From positions 22,646,628 to 22,710,627 of the forward strand of contig OZ037767.1 of the NCBI GenBank assembly GCA_964035545.1: a stretch of 64,000 bases of DNA, in the 5' to 3' direction. The position numbers were made by a program, and so were the translations under genes. The notes under the pieces are model-generated. The model was not told the origin of the DNA, searched no databases, and saw nothing but the letters and a program-made list of their open reading frames with translations. The stretch comes from Bugula neritina (taxonomy: Eukaryota > Animalia > Bryozoa). Positions 11,401 to 23,110 of the stretch are shown piece by piece (position 1 is the stretch's first letter; each line of letters opens with the position of its first letter).

Positions 11401-14400
11401 TTGCAATTATTATAACATATTTATTATTAAAAAATGCCTAAAGGAACAAAGTCATGATGGGAATTTAAACAATTGAAGTTAAACAATGCTAATAATCAGA
11501 ACAAAATTCCAACAACAGTTAAAACAATTCTTGTGCTCAAAGTTACTTCAAAACCTGGAAGATAATGGAAGACTCGACTAACATGTCAGCAGACGGCTAC
11601 GAAGCTGAAGGAGAGGAGTTTTACCAGGCATCAAGTACAGTAGAGACTGCAGCCAATAGACATGAAGCTGAGAAGGTAGAAACAGCAGAAGGCAAACCTT
11701 CAACTGAGACTAGGGAAGTGATAGGAACTCTCTCGCTTACAACAGGGGAGCTGGATAAAGAGCTACTGGAAGATGGAGATCCCGAGTCAGAAGAAGATTA
11801 CGCAAGTATCTCTTCAGAGAATGAAGAAGAGCGTAATAAAGAAGTAGAGGAAGAGATAAAGTGTGATGCTGAAATTACGCAGAGTTCACAGAATGAAATA
11901 GTCATCGAGTCTGAAAAGACTGAGTCAGACTCGAAAGAGACGTGTCCAACAAGTCAAATTGAAATGGAACTAGATGATAGTCAAGGTGTGGCGCAGGTAG
12001 AGGTTGAAGACAGAAAGGATGGAAATGACGAGAAAATTACACAAAAACTCGAAACAGATTTTAGCAAATCGACAGAAAATTTAGAAATAGTTAAAGTAGA
12101 GTCTGAAACAACTCAGGTAGACACGCAGGTAGAAGTGCAAGCAGATGCGCAGGTAACTGTACATGGCACTCAGTCACTCGGCTCTACCAACCCAAAAGCT
12201 AAGAAAGAAGTTCCAGAGAACATTTCAACCCATGAAACTAGCAGCATATTGAATAACACTGAATTGTCAACTAAAACAAGTTCACAAACAAACACAAATG
12301 AAGAGCCAGCAACTTTACAGCTAGGTACCAGAAAAGAAGGTAGAGTTCAATTTGCCGAGCAATGTAAAGAGGAAGTAGCTGAAATAGTTGAAACACCTGA
12401 TGATAGCAGAGAGAGGTCAAGGCCAGAACGAGACTCAATCGAGGAAGAGGTCAGTATTTGAACTGAAGTTATTCAGTGTTTCTCCAATTTGGTAAAGTTT
12501 AGTAAGATGTGCTTTAAGGAATAATTAAACTCTTATTTTTATAACTTATTTGAAATTTTATATTTTATAACGTATATGATGATGCAGTAGCTTTATTAGA
12601 GTAGAAGAATGCTGGGTTGGGGGTTTGAATCTCATCAGGCCTATCAATGCCCTCAAACTATATGACTAACATGGTAAGAGGCAGGCCTTTAGCCAACCTG
12701 AAACTCTTGCCATCAGGTTACCACAGAGACTGAGGCTAAACAAACTTGATTTCATAGATAGGAATGTATATGCAGATGTTTTATGTAGAGAGAGTGGAAG
12801 CTGGTTGATACTGAGATGGACAGAGTGACCGAGAGGTTCAATCAGGGGGAGATAACAGCCAAAGAGCTTACCAAGACGATGAACAAAATCATTAACCAGG
12901 TTTGTTGAGTATGAAACTTTATAACAGATTACCATCAAACTTGCTTTAGCCGAACATTTTTCGCTGTTGGCACAGCATGGCCCACACACCAAGTGGCTCG
13001 TATTGGAAAATAACAATGGAAATTATTAGTAGCTTTTCTGTTAGCCTAGGGCCACACTGTGCGTATTTTCGCATGCGAAAATTGAAATCACAAGTAGCAA
13101 AGGTGTCCACTGTGCGCGTTGAGAAAACGTTCGCACTTGTCGCTCTGCATTTTCAACGCAAGTGCGAATCGTCTGTCGTCGTCACCTAATTGGCTGGTAG
13201 TTAAGCGAGCCCAATTTCGTTATTTTATTGCTAAATTCCAGTAAATTGCGTTTTATTGAAAGCGAGTGCGATTTAAAAATGAAAGCTTTATTTATCACGC
13301 ATCACTGACGCTACAGTGGACGCCTTTGCTACTTGTGGTTTCAATTTTCGCATGCGAAAATACGCGCCGTGTGGCCCTAGGCTTAGTTTGGTCATTCGGA
13401 ATGTCAAGATAATAACATTATGAATTAGTTAATTGTAGGTATGTTGAATATTTAATTTAATTTGATACAAATAACCGAGCAAGTTCCTTATACATTAAAT
13501 ATTAAATGGAACATAATACCTCATCCATAAATTACCAGACCTAAGCTATTTTATTTGATAAAAACTACAGGTGACTAAAACAAGTGACTTTTTAAACCTT
13601 AAGACCAAAGTATCTATTAAAAACCATAAAATACTAATGCTTAAACAACTTCTCCAAAACAATCGATTATTGTGTATTGAAAGAGAACAAACCTTTACTG
13701 TTATAGAAAACCAGTAGAGGTGGCATTGGTGACAAATGGCAAAAGGCAATGATGGCAAAAACAAAGAACACAGCAGCAAAATCGGCCACAAATCTGGAGA
13801 AAGGGAGAGGCAAGAGTGTCAACGCATTGGCCACCCTCCATGAGAAGACCAAGGCATCTAAATCACAAGCCGATGTGGAGAGAATGGAGAAACAAGATGG
13901 CGGAAGGGGCGTGTCTTTCAGCACTGCGCAGCTCCACCCTGATAACATAATCATAGTGGAGAAAACTACTACAAGGAGAGGCGAGAATGAAACGGGAGAG
14001 CAGGTGGCAGCAAGCCAACAGCCTAAAGGTCGGACAAGTGAGCATGAAGAGGTAGGTCATCCAAAGGTCAAACTAAATCCTCTTGGACTGTTTTATGCTT
14101 ACTTATCATGACACTACAGAGAAAGATCCGACTAATTTTAGGTACATTTCACCTCCACCAGTATTAATATGTGGAAAAGCAGATGATGTCACTAAAGAAA
14201 AATAAGAAATTTCTAACTATAAAGGCGTTTCTCCTTTTCTATTGGTTATGCAAAATAAAACGAAAATCTCATTAACATATATGTACCAGAAAAATCAATT
14301 TATGAAAATTGTACAATTAAAATAAAATATAAAGTTGAATTAGATAATTTAGATAATCCTAAACTGTAGGTAACTGACATGGTGAGAGGCAAAGTATCAG

Positions 14401-17247
14401 CGATGAGGTCATTGTTTGAATCAGGAAGCTCCTAACTTGGTGACTAACCCTAACTAGTAACTAGTTCAACTAAAAGTATGACTCATCGAGAAGCTAGCAG
14501 TAACTCATGCTTACCTACGAAGTGTAAGATCTGATAGGCTGTGAGCCACACTTCTGGAATACCCCCAGCCTCTAGAAGTGACATAGACTTAGGAACTTTC
14601 ATAGCATGCTGGCTGTCTACAGCCACGTACTCTGCATTACCACCTCCTGTAACAATAACTACGTCTTAGTCTGTATTCATTTATGTGCACTAATAAAATA
14701 ACTCACATCTAAAAGATTCAGTATTCAAATTATGGCAAGAACTGAGTCTATGTGTCATGGCTTTCAGTTTAATTTGAAATTTCCTAAATTGAGTTGAAAT
14801 TTACATTGATTTCCATTGAGTTATTGCAAGCAAGGCTTTAATACGCAAACAAGCTACTATCTTGACACATGGAGATGGTTCTAGTATCTGAATCATTGAG
14901 TGGTAATTGAGCAATCACAACCTTGCCATGCAATCAGTTACATATTAAAAGTGTATGTAGATTTCACTTTTTGTAGGCAATACTTCAAATACAGTCTACT
15001 ACAAAAATATTCCTTTGATTAGTTCAAATTTTAAATAATGTACAATTTTCAGAATTATTTCACTGCTAGAGGACCTATATAGTTTTTTATAACAAATATA
15101 GCCCATTAAAATTGAAGCTAACAAGTATAAATTTAAGGCAAGCAACTCAGGATTTAATTTATACTTCTATTTGCTTCAAAATACTTACTTGTTTTTATTA
15201 AATAAACAAAAATGGTCACTTGAATACAAAAAATTACTGGATAAACAGTTGCATGAATTTAATTGACATAACTATGACTTAGTTCTAGTAATATAGGAAA
15301 TGTAGGAGCTGTGGATATCTTACCAACATTTAAAAAGACATTTAGTATTACCAAAAAACATAGAAAAAAGATAATATTTACATAATAAAGTTCACCAATT
15401 GAAATATCGAAAAATTTATTTTTAAATGTGATACATTTTTCAATAAAATAAAAGTTGAAACATTAGGGTGAACTATTTGGGAACACTCAATGAAATAATT
15501 GAAGTTTTGTCATGGAAATTTGAAATGTTTACATTTCAAACTTCATACTAAAATTCTCAACTAGAAAGTCTGAAAATGATTAAATAGTACAATCTAAAAT
15601 CACATTATGAACAGCATGTGGAATGTCTAGAAAGAAGCAATGCTACTGCAGGGTTAGCATATACTAGTAAGCTACTATACCAGGTAGCAAAGCCATAACA
15701 TGGTCTCCTATGTTCCACGTCTTATTGCAAACCTCATGTATCTCCACTACTTTTCCAGCAGCTTCAAGGCCAAGGATTTCCGACTCTCCCTTTATGGGTG
15801 GATACAGACCTTTCCTCTGCACCAAGATAAAAACATACTTATATTGTCAGTATTGCTGACTTGTCTGTGCATGAAAAATAAAAAAATAAAGTTTGCTAAA
15901 AAAAAGTTCAAGTACAAAAGGCAGAGGAAAAGAAATTTGACAAAAATGTGTTCTAGCTTAAACAGAGCCTTAGATTGATGGCCTAAATTTAGAAAAATGC
16001 AAGAAGAACCATAATCTCATTAAACACATATAAGTTATAAGTTCATCAGATATAGCGCTTAATGCGAGACCAATTTCTCAAACTAAAACAAATAAGATGA
16101 CAAAAGTTTAAACATATAAAATGTTACTACTTTAAAATTCAGAAAACAGTCATACTAACTACTCCTGGAAAAGCTACTCACAATGATTAATGCTGACCCT
16201 AAGCTGATACACTGTAACAAATGAGCTCAAAAAATAAATATGCCAAAGAGATATTATGAAGTCATAGTACACTGGAAAGATAACACAAACTAGTAAACAA
16301 ATATATTGAAAAATTACCTGTAAAGTTTCAGCACGATTTATAGCTGAGGAATGAACCTTAATTAGTATTTCACCACTGCGTAGGGTTGGTCGAGGTACTT
16401 CCTTTATTTGCATTTGTTCAGGAAGGCAGCCACTTTCATACTGTACAGCTCTCATGGTAGCCATACCAGCTGCACTAGTCTACATGTATGTGTATACAGA
16501 ATAGGAGTTCCAACTCCACAAGAAGTCTTGAACAACAAGCAAATAGATATAGTGCTACCGATATGAGATATCAATGTGACCTACCACAGAAGTGGAGAAA
16601 ACAAATATTTAATAGAAAAATAAAAGTAAGTTGAAGGTTAGCAGTGTTTTAATTAGATAGAATTTTATTGGCCAAAGATAAGGAGTCCCGATTATAACAA
16701 AATAGTTATAGCTAGCTCTTCTGCTTTATAGTTTTATGTAATTTTCACAAATATTTGTTAAAGCCTAACCACGTGACTTGGATGAATGCAACAACATTTG
16801 CTCTTTCAAAATAGATCAACAAATACCCCAAGCAAGTTTATTGCTAATGTTTTGCATCAAAACCTTTAGGAAATTCATTCAAACCAATCAAATAAAACAT
16901 AATAAGCTGAAGTCATAAATTTCTACTTTTATGATCAGTCAATAGTTTGAAAAATTTGATAGGAAATCACAGTTAAATTGCATATAAAAAGTAAACTTTG
17001 AAACATATTATACAGAATTTGTGGAATTTGAATCTTTGCCAATTATAAATATGATGGTAAGAGCTTGCAGTAGAACTAAGCCAACAAACACACAATGCAA
17101 ACCCAAAATAGAGAGTTGATTTTCAAAGTTCTAGTTTTACAACTGGTGGGCACAGAAAGGGTGGTATTGAAGACTTACCATATGAACTAATGATGTTGAA
17201 GCTAAAGCCAAGGAAATTGACAGTCTAAACGTAGAAACTAAACGCAT
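8477..17247 (-). CDS. TP53I3: PIG3-like NADPH:quinone oxidoreductase (MDR/zeta-crystallin family) with putative N-terminal extension
   Basis: Exons 17247-17179 (putative leader), 16479-16318, 15816-15681, 14646-14515, 11204-10992, 10230-10126, 9779-9688, 8668-8477, all phase-compatible. Motifs [66 protein letters not shown]. Confidence 0.9.
10252..10630. repeat. Minisatellite: 15-bp unit TACACCACTGTACTA (~13 copies) grading into ~19-bp variants
   Basis: Directly visible; accounts for the spurious YSTVV, CIVQW and HCTIH ORFs. Confidence 0.95.
11565..14435 (+). CDS. Nested antisense gene, acidic and probably disordered protein (~468 aa), unknown function
   Basis: Exons 11565-12449, 12789-12899, 13707-14051, 14370-14435 join with GT-AG phase-0 introns and no stops. 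Lies wholly inside the PIG3 intron 11205-14514. Confidence 0.7.
13044..13382. mobile_element. PIF/Harbinger-type MITE, family A copy 2 (inverted relative to copy 1)
   Basis: Same TIRs; TTA on both sides. Confidence 0.9.
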
Positions 17248-18470
17248 AACGCATTGGAACTATGTGTAATGACCTACAAAGGCAGTAGCTCATTGAGCTG
17301 TTGGCATCACCTTATGCAGCTCACATTGATTGGCAAAAAAGCTACGTTTAAACACAAAAAATAACAATTAGACTAAACATTACGTGAATGTTTCAAATGA
17401 TAACTTAAAATGCAAGTATTTGGTAAAAATATATAAAGTGGTGGAATCATAACCAATTTACAATAACTATCTCTTTTCATTCATATTTGTTATTTGACAT
17501 TTAAATATTTTCGATTATAATCTAAGTCAATCTCCTGCTTAGCACTAGTAGTCATATTATAGTACGGCATAGTCATACCGATACTCATAGTAATAGTCAT
17601 AGTGCCCATAGACTTAGAGTTAGATCATCACCATGGTACGTTTACTATTACTAATACTGATATTACTAATATTGCCATAATAATTTATTAGTATTAGTTG
17701 CAACTCTCATTCTTTGCCTAGTATACTTAATACTTCTACTAAATGTAATGATACTTGATAGTGTTATTATAATTATTGCGATTAATATTCACATGTTCAA
17801 GATTCAACATTTTGTATCTCCAAGCTTTGGAACTGTTGTAGTTGCAACCCGCTCTTTGACAGCAAAGTTCTCAAATAGCTTTCAGAATAGGCAAATTTGA
17901 CTGTTTCTTAGACCAAAAAGTCTAAATGTAAAAACTAAAGCTTTCCAAAGATTACCACCTATCAGGATACAAAACATTGTTTGCCTCTAAGACTCTGGTT
18001 TAGAAAATTAAATCGGAGCCAAAGAAGAGCATAAACACGGAGTTCACAGCCTGCTGGTTTGAGATTTTTGTGGTCCAGAGATTGTACTGGGTTATAGGGA
18101 TCTTTTCCCGTCTGCGAATTTTTGATCCCTGCGGTTGTTTCTGGCTGTGAGTGGTTGGAGGTGTTGAGGGAGTGGGCTCACTTGATAGGCTATATTATTG
18201 TAATCATATTAACCAACTCAACAGTTTACTAAGTGATTGACTAACTCTGTCTGTCTTTGACTAGTAACACTATTTATTTATTTATTTACTTATTAATTCA
18301 TTTAATTGATCAACTCTTGTCTGTCTTTGTCTAGTAACACTATTTATTTATTCATCTATTTATTTACTTCCTAGTCCTTAAAGTTACTATTTACTAAAAA
18401 TTCTCTTTGAAAAAAAAAATAATAAAATTTAACGCTGTCTTTGGTCATTTTTGAAAATAAAAAACAAAGA

Positions 18471-19412
18471 ATGACGAAAACCAAAAGGTCAGAATCAACC
18501 TCAAGTACTAGCTCATCAACAGCTAAATGTACCCAGAGGCAGAGTGCTATACTTAATTCTACTCCGGGACCTACCGTGTCTCAGGCGATGTGTGAAAAAT
18601 GTACTAAAAAAATAGATGATGAAGATGAAGGCACCCTGTCAATTGAGTGTGAAACTTGTCTCAATTGGTTTCATTTAGACTGTACTGATCTTATGAAGCA
18701 AGACCTAAACACCATTACGAAAAAGGGTATTCATTGGTTTTGTGACCAATGTGAAGCTGTGGCATACCCAAATTTTATAACCAGACTTAAAGCCATTGAA
18801 TCCCACATTGAAAAAAGTTACGATCAAGTAATGGGTTCATTTCATAATCGCATGACTGCTGTGGAATCTCAACTAACTAGCTTATTTGAGAATCATGTTT
18901 CCAAAAGTGAGAAAACATTTGCTTCGGTGGTTGCAAAACTGGAAGATTCCACTACAACAATAAATAAGCAACTAAAGAACCAAGAAGTTCAAATTAAATC
19001 TATCAAAACAGAAATTTCTAGTGAAAGCAGAGCTAAAAATATCATAGTTTTTGGAATTTCCGAGGAACACGACACTACTTTAGATGAATCCATAGGTAAA
19101 CTCTCAGAAGTTTTAGATTCATGTAGTCTCAGATTTCACGCATCAAGAGATAATGCCACAAGATTAGGACAAAAAAAAGTTGACAAGATTAGACCCATGA
19201 GACTAACACTAGCTTCAGAAGTTCAAAAATGGGAATTTCTAAAACGCATCAACGCTCAGAAAATAGAAGGAGTCTTTGCTCGTCTTGACTTGAATAAAGA
19301 GGAACAAGAAAAGGATTTTCAACTGAGAAGCGAGCTGAGGGAATTGAGGCAGAAAAATCCAGAAAACAAGTACAAGATAACAAACGGGAAGATAATAAAA
19401 GTAAGACAGTAA
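18471..19412 (+). CDS. LINE ORF1 (PHD finger, coiled coil, CR1-type C-terminal domain)
   Basis: CEKC...CETC..WFH..C...WFCDQC PHD pattern; RAKNIIVFGISE and RPMRLTL motifs; frame intact. Confidence 0.85.
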   Translation: MTKTKRSESTSSTSSSTAKCTQRQSAILNSTPGPTVSQAMCEKCTKKIDDEDEGTLSIECETCLNWFHLDCTDLMKQDLNTITKKGIHWFCDQCEAVAYPNFITRLKAIESHIEKSYDQVMGSFHNRMTAVESQLTSLFENHVSKSEKTFASVVAKLEDSTTTINKQLKNQEVQIKSIKTEISSESRAKNIIVFGISEEHDTTLDESIGKLSEVLDSCSLRFHASRDNATRLGQKKVDKIRPMRLTLASEVQKWEFLKRINAQKIEGVFARLDLNKEEQEKDFQLRSELRELRQKNPENKYKITNGKIIKVRQ

Positions 19413-19426
19413 CACATGATAATCGG

Positions 19427-22161
19427 AGAATATTAACAGTAAATGCGAGATCAGTAAGGGGGAAAATATTGGAGATTCAAACCCTCTCCGTTGAATACGA
19501 TATCATTTGTATTACTGAAACACACCTAGATAATGCATTTTTGAATTCTCAATTGTTTTCTCCCAAAGACAAAGTAGTATATAGAAAAGATCGTGATTCG
19601 CACGGAGGTGGTGTATTGATTGCCATAAATGTAGAAATTCCCCATAAGCTAATCAGGTGTGAAACAGAAGCAGAAGCAATCACAGTATGTTTTAGACTGG
19701 ATAGCAAGGAATATTGCAATCTTACTTGCTACTATTGACCCCCTTCTTCACGTGACATGAACTCATTCTTTGAGTACATGAAAAATATTCACACTAAATA
19801 CTCAACAAGTAGAAAACTCAAAACCAGTGATTTTAACCTTCCAGGAATCAATTGGGAAGATACTGGTCTTTCAACTTGTTGGAGGACATACTATACTGAC
19901 TTTCGTAATTTTCTAAATGATAATAATTTGGAACAACTTGTTCATAAATCTACGCACATAGCAGGCAATATATTGGATCTCATCTGTACTGACTTGTCAT
20001 ATAAAGTTCAAAGCACAAATGTAATAACACCGGGTATTAGCGACCATTTCATGATAGAAACGGTCTTGACTGGTAAAGTTGAACGGAAAAAGAAACCATC
20101 TATCCCCCCAACCAAGCTATTTCACAAAATCGAACTCGGCGGGTTTACAACTGGTCTAGATGAGTTGCTTTATACTATTAAAAACAAAGTGATGTTGAAA
20201 TATGATATTAATGTTATATGGAATACATTTAAGACTGAATTACATAGACTTGTTGATTCATATGTCCCAACTAAACAACGTAAGCCTAGAAATCTACATG
20301 AGCCTCTCTGGTTTAATGATGAAGCCAGACGGGCATGTGAGAAACAGCGAAAGTTTTACAACCGCTTTCAAACGTCTGGTGATGCTGATCACTTGGCTAA
20401 ATATAAAGAATTACGTCGCCATAATAAAAAATTATATAAAAACCTAAAAGCATCTTTTCTGGTGAATCGTCTATACCAACCTCTTTCCAGTGGCTACACA
20501 AAACCGTTTTACAAATATGTTAAAGATCTAAAAGGGAATGATAATGAGATTACTTCCATAGAAAACAACGATGGTATCTTGACGTATGATAAAACTAAGA
20601 TATCTAACACTCTGAATGGTTTCTTCTACAGTGTATTTACCACTCCATCACCTCTACCAGAATTACCATCAGTCACTGAGAAAGATAATATAGTGGTAAC
20701 TAAAGAAGGAGTTGTGAACCTGCTGAGACAACTTGTACAAGGTAAAGCTCCTGGAGTAGATGGACTCACAAAGAACTATCTCACAGTAGACTTAGATCGA
20801 ACAGCAGAAATACTGGTGTGTATTTTCAATCATTCACTCAATACAGGAATAGTGCCAGATGACTGGAAGACTACAAATGTAACATCTGTGTTTAAACAGG
20901 GTAACCGCACTCTAGCTTCCAACTATCGTCCAGTATCACTAACGTGCATTTGCTGTAAAATTCTTGAACATGTAGTTCTGCATCATTTAAACACACAATT
21001 GGAAAATTTGATACATGAAAACCAACATGGTTTTCGCCGCAACTTTTCATGTGTTACTCAGCTTGCTACTGTCAACCATGATATATTAAGGCATATAGAT
21101 AAAGGACATTTTGTAGATGCAGTTGTGCTAGATTTTTCTAAAGCCTTTGATGTAATTGACCATCATATTCTTGTAAAGAAATTGATATTGTTAAAAATAA
21201 ATCCCTGCATTATTCGATGGGTTTCATCATTCTTAACTGGACGCTCACAACGAGTGGTCATTGACGGGGTATCTTCGGACTTAGCACCAGTGACTTCCGG
21301 GGTTCCACAAGGAAGTGTGCTGGGTCCAACATTATTCGTTTTGTTTATTAATGACATTGTAAACTGCGTTACACATAGTACAATCAGGCTTTTTGCTGAT
21401 GACACTCTTGTTTATCTACCCATTACTGATCCAAATGATCATCATAAACTACAGGGAGATCTTTCTAGACTTTATAGGTGGGCAAAAGAAAACAATATGA
21501 AGTTCAACTCAAAGAAAAGTAATGTCATCACTTTTGGTAAGAAAACAGAAAATATGGAAAATGTCTTCACTTATAAATTAGGAGAAGATCCCCTGAATAG
21601 AGTTGGAGTTGTAAAATACCTTGGAATATTGCTATCAGCAGATTTGAAATGAAATAAGCATGTCGAAAATATCATATCAAAGGCATACAGAGTACTAGGT
21701 TTAATCAAGCTCACACTAGGAAATGCCCCAGAAAATGTTAAAATTCTTGCGTATAAAACTCTTTGTAGACCTCTCCTAGAATATGCTGCTGAAGTATGGG
21801 ACCCATGCAATAAACATCTAATAACAAAATTAGAAGTTACCCAAAATAGGGCTGTATGGTTCATTAAAAATTTAAAGGGTAGAGAAGTATCGGTAACAGA
21901 TGCCAAAATTGACCTAGGACTAGAAACATTAAGAAAGCGCAGTCACAGAGAATTTCTTTGTTGTGTCGTATTGCTGCAAATAATGATTTATTTCCAACCT
22001 TAAATAACACACTTAAATCTATGAAATCCTCAACCCATAACATGAATACCCGTATTAACACTTTCAATGCTATAGCCTGCGATTCGAGCCTGTACCTGCA
22101 GGGTTTCCTGTTGCGCACTGTCCGGGAGCTCCGTACGGGAGAGATAGTAGCGGATTTCTGA
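19427..22161 (+). pseudogene. LINE ORF2 (APE-RT), disrupted
   Basis: In-frame TGA at 19736-19738 (YY*PP, expected YYRPP) and at 21650-21652 (LK*NKH, expected W); frameshift near 21950; GDFN altered to SDFN. Confidence 0.85.
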
Positions 22162-23110
22162 GCCTGGATAGATCCGAGGGTCCCACAATTACTCTCTTCG
22201 AGAGGTCTTGGGACTTAACCCAATCAAGATCAAGATCAAGTACTATTACTATTAGTAATAGAGTATTACTATTACATTAGTATTAGTATTACTATTACTA
22301 TTAGTATTACAGCATGAACATGAATACAATTTCTAATAGTAATACTAATAATACTAATAGTAATACGCATAAAAAAATTCCATACACCATATAACTATAA
22401 GTATACTTTGTTATATAATAATAATCATAGTACTATAATTATTATCCTTTATAATTATTATAACAATAGGAGTATAATTATAAAATTGATACTAAAAGTA
22501 AAAGTAAATCAATCAAACTAAAAGTAAAAGTAATTAACTAATTCATTAAATGATTAATGATTAAATCATTTAAATGGTAAACTTAAAATCAATAGAGTAC
22601 AGACAATGACTTTTGATATTCCTAAATTCACTTTTTCCATACACACAATATTTAATAATATATTTGTGATACATTTATTCAGATAATATTTGTATTTATA
22701 AAGGAATTTTACAATAAATAAGTTAAAGTATTAGTATAACTAGCAATTAAAATGCTAGTACTTTTTGAGTTTAGCGTGAAGGTTGCTAGAAACAGCACCA
22801 AGTTAGTAGCCATTGAGTGCAGTAGTTCGGGTCTCGAACATCGAACTCAATAATAATGGTCTATTCCAGCTCAGTGGTCTCGAATTTGGAGTTTGGACAA
22901 CGACGTATTTACAAATTTTACACCCAGTCACCCCTAAACTTGTGCTGTTTCTAGTGAAATTCCCTAGAATGAGCTTAGTGGTCTTGACATTAGTATTAAC
23001 CCATAAAAATAACTGCGTATGCGAACTTTCGATTATAATATGATTCTGTTGTTGAAATACTCTAAAGGTAGCAATTCTTTCCCTTTGAGAGCTAAGGTTA
23101 AAGTTTCAAG

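Larger units (their letters stand above)
18010..22240 (+). mobile_element. CR1-group LINE, near full length, inactivated (5' boundary approximate)
   Basis: ORF1 with PHD finger; ORF2 with AP endonuclease (ICITETHL, GGGVLIA, DFN, LDL, SDH) and RT (YRPVSL, QHGFR, LDFSKAFD, GVPQGSVLGP, FADD); (ATCAAG)n tail at ~22223-22240. Confidence 0.9.

Noticed and set aside
9290-12720. Further SINE-like heads near 9290-9380 and 12580-12720
   Set aside because: B-box-like motifs are visible, but boundaries and TSDs could not be defined.
12900-13030. 28-nt micro-intron extending exon 2 of the nested gene
   Set aside because: Far shorter than any other intron here and leads to an early stop; splicing to 13707 gives a longer coherent frame.
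19736-21652. In-frame TGA codons in LINE ORF2 as readthrough or an alternative genetic code
   Set aside because: They fall at expected Arg (CGA) and Trp (TGG) positions and come with other lesions; ordinary decay explains them.
17643-22251. TACTATTACTA as a LINE target-site duplication
   Set aside because: Both copies lie in low-complexity tracts, so a chance match is likely.
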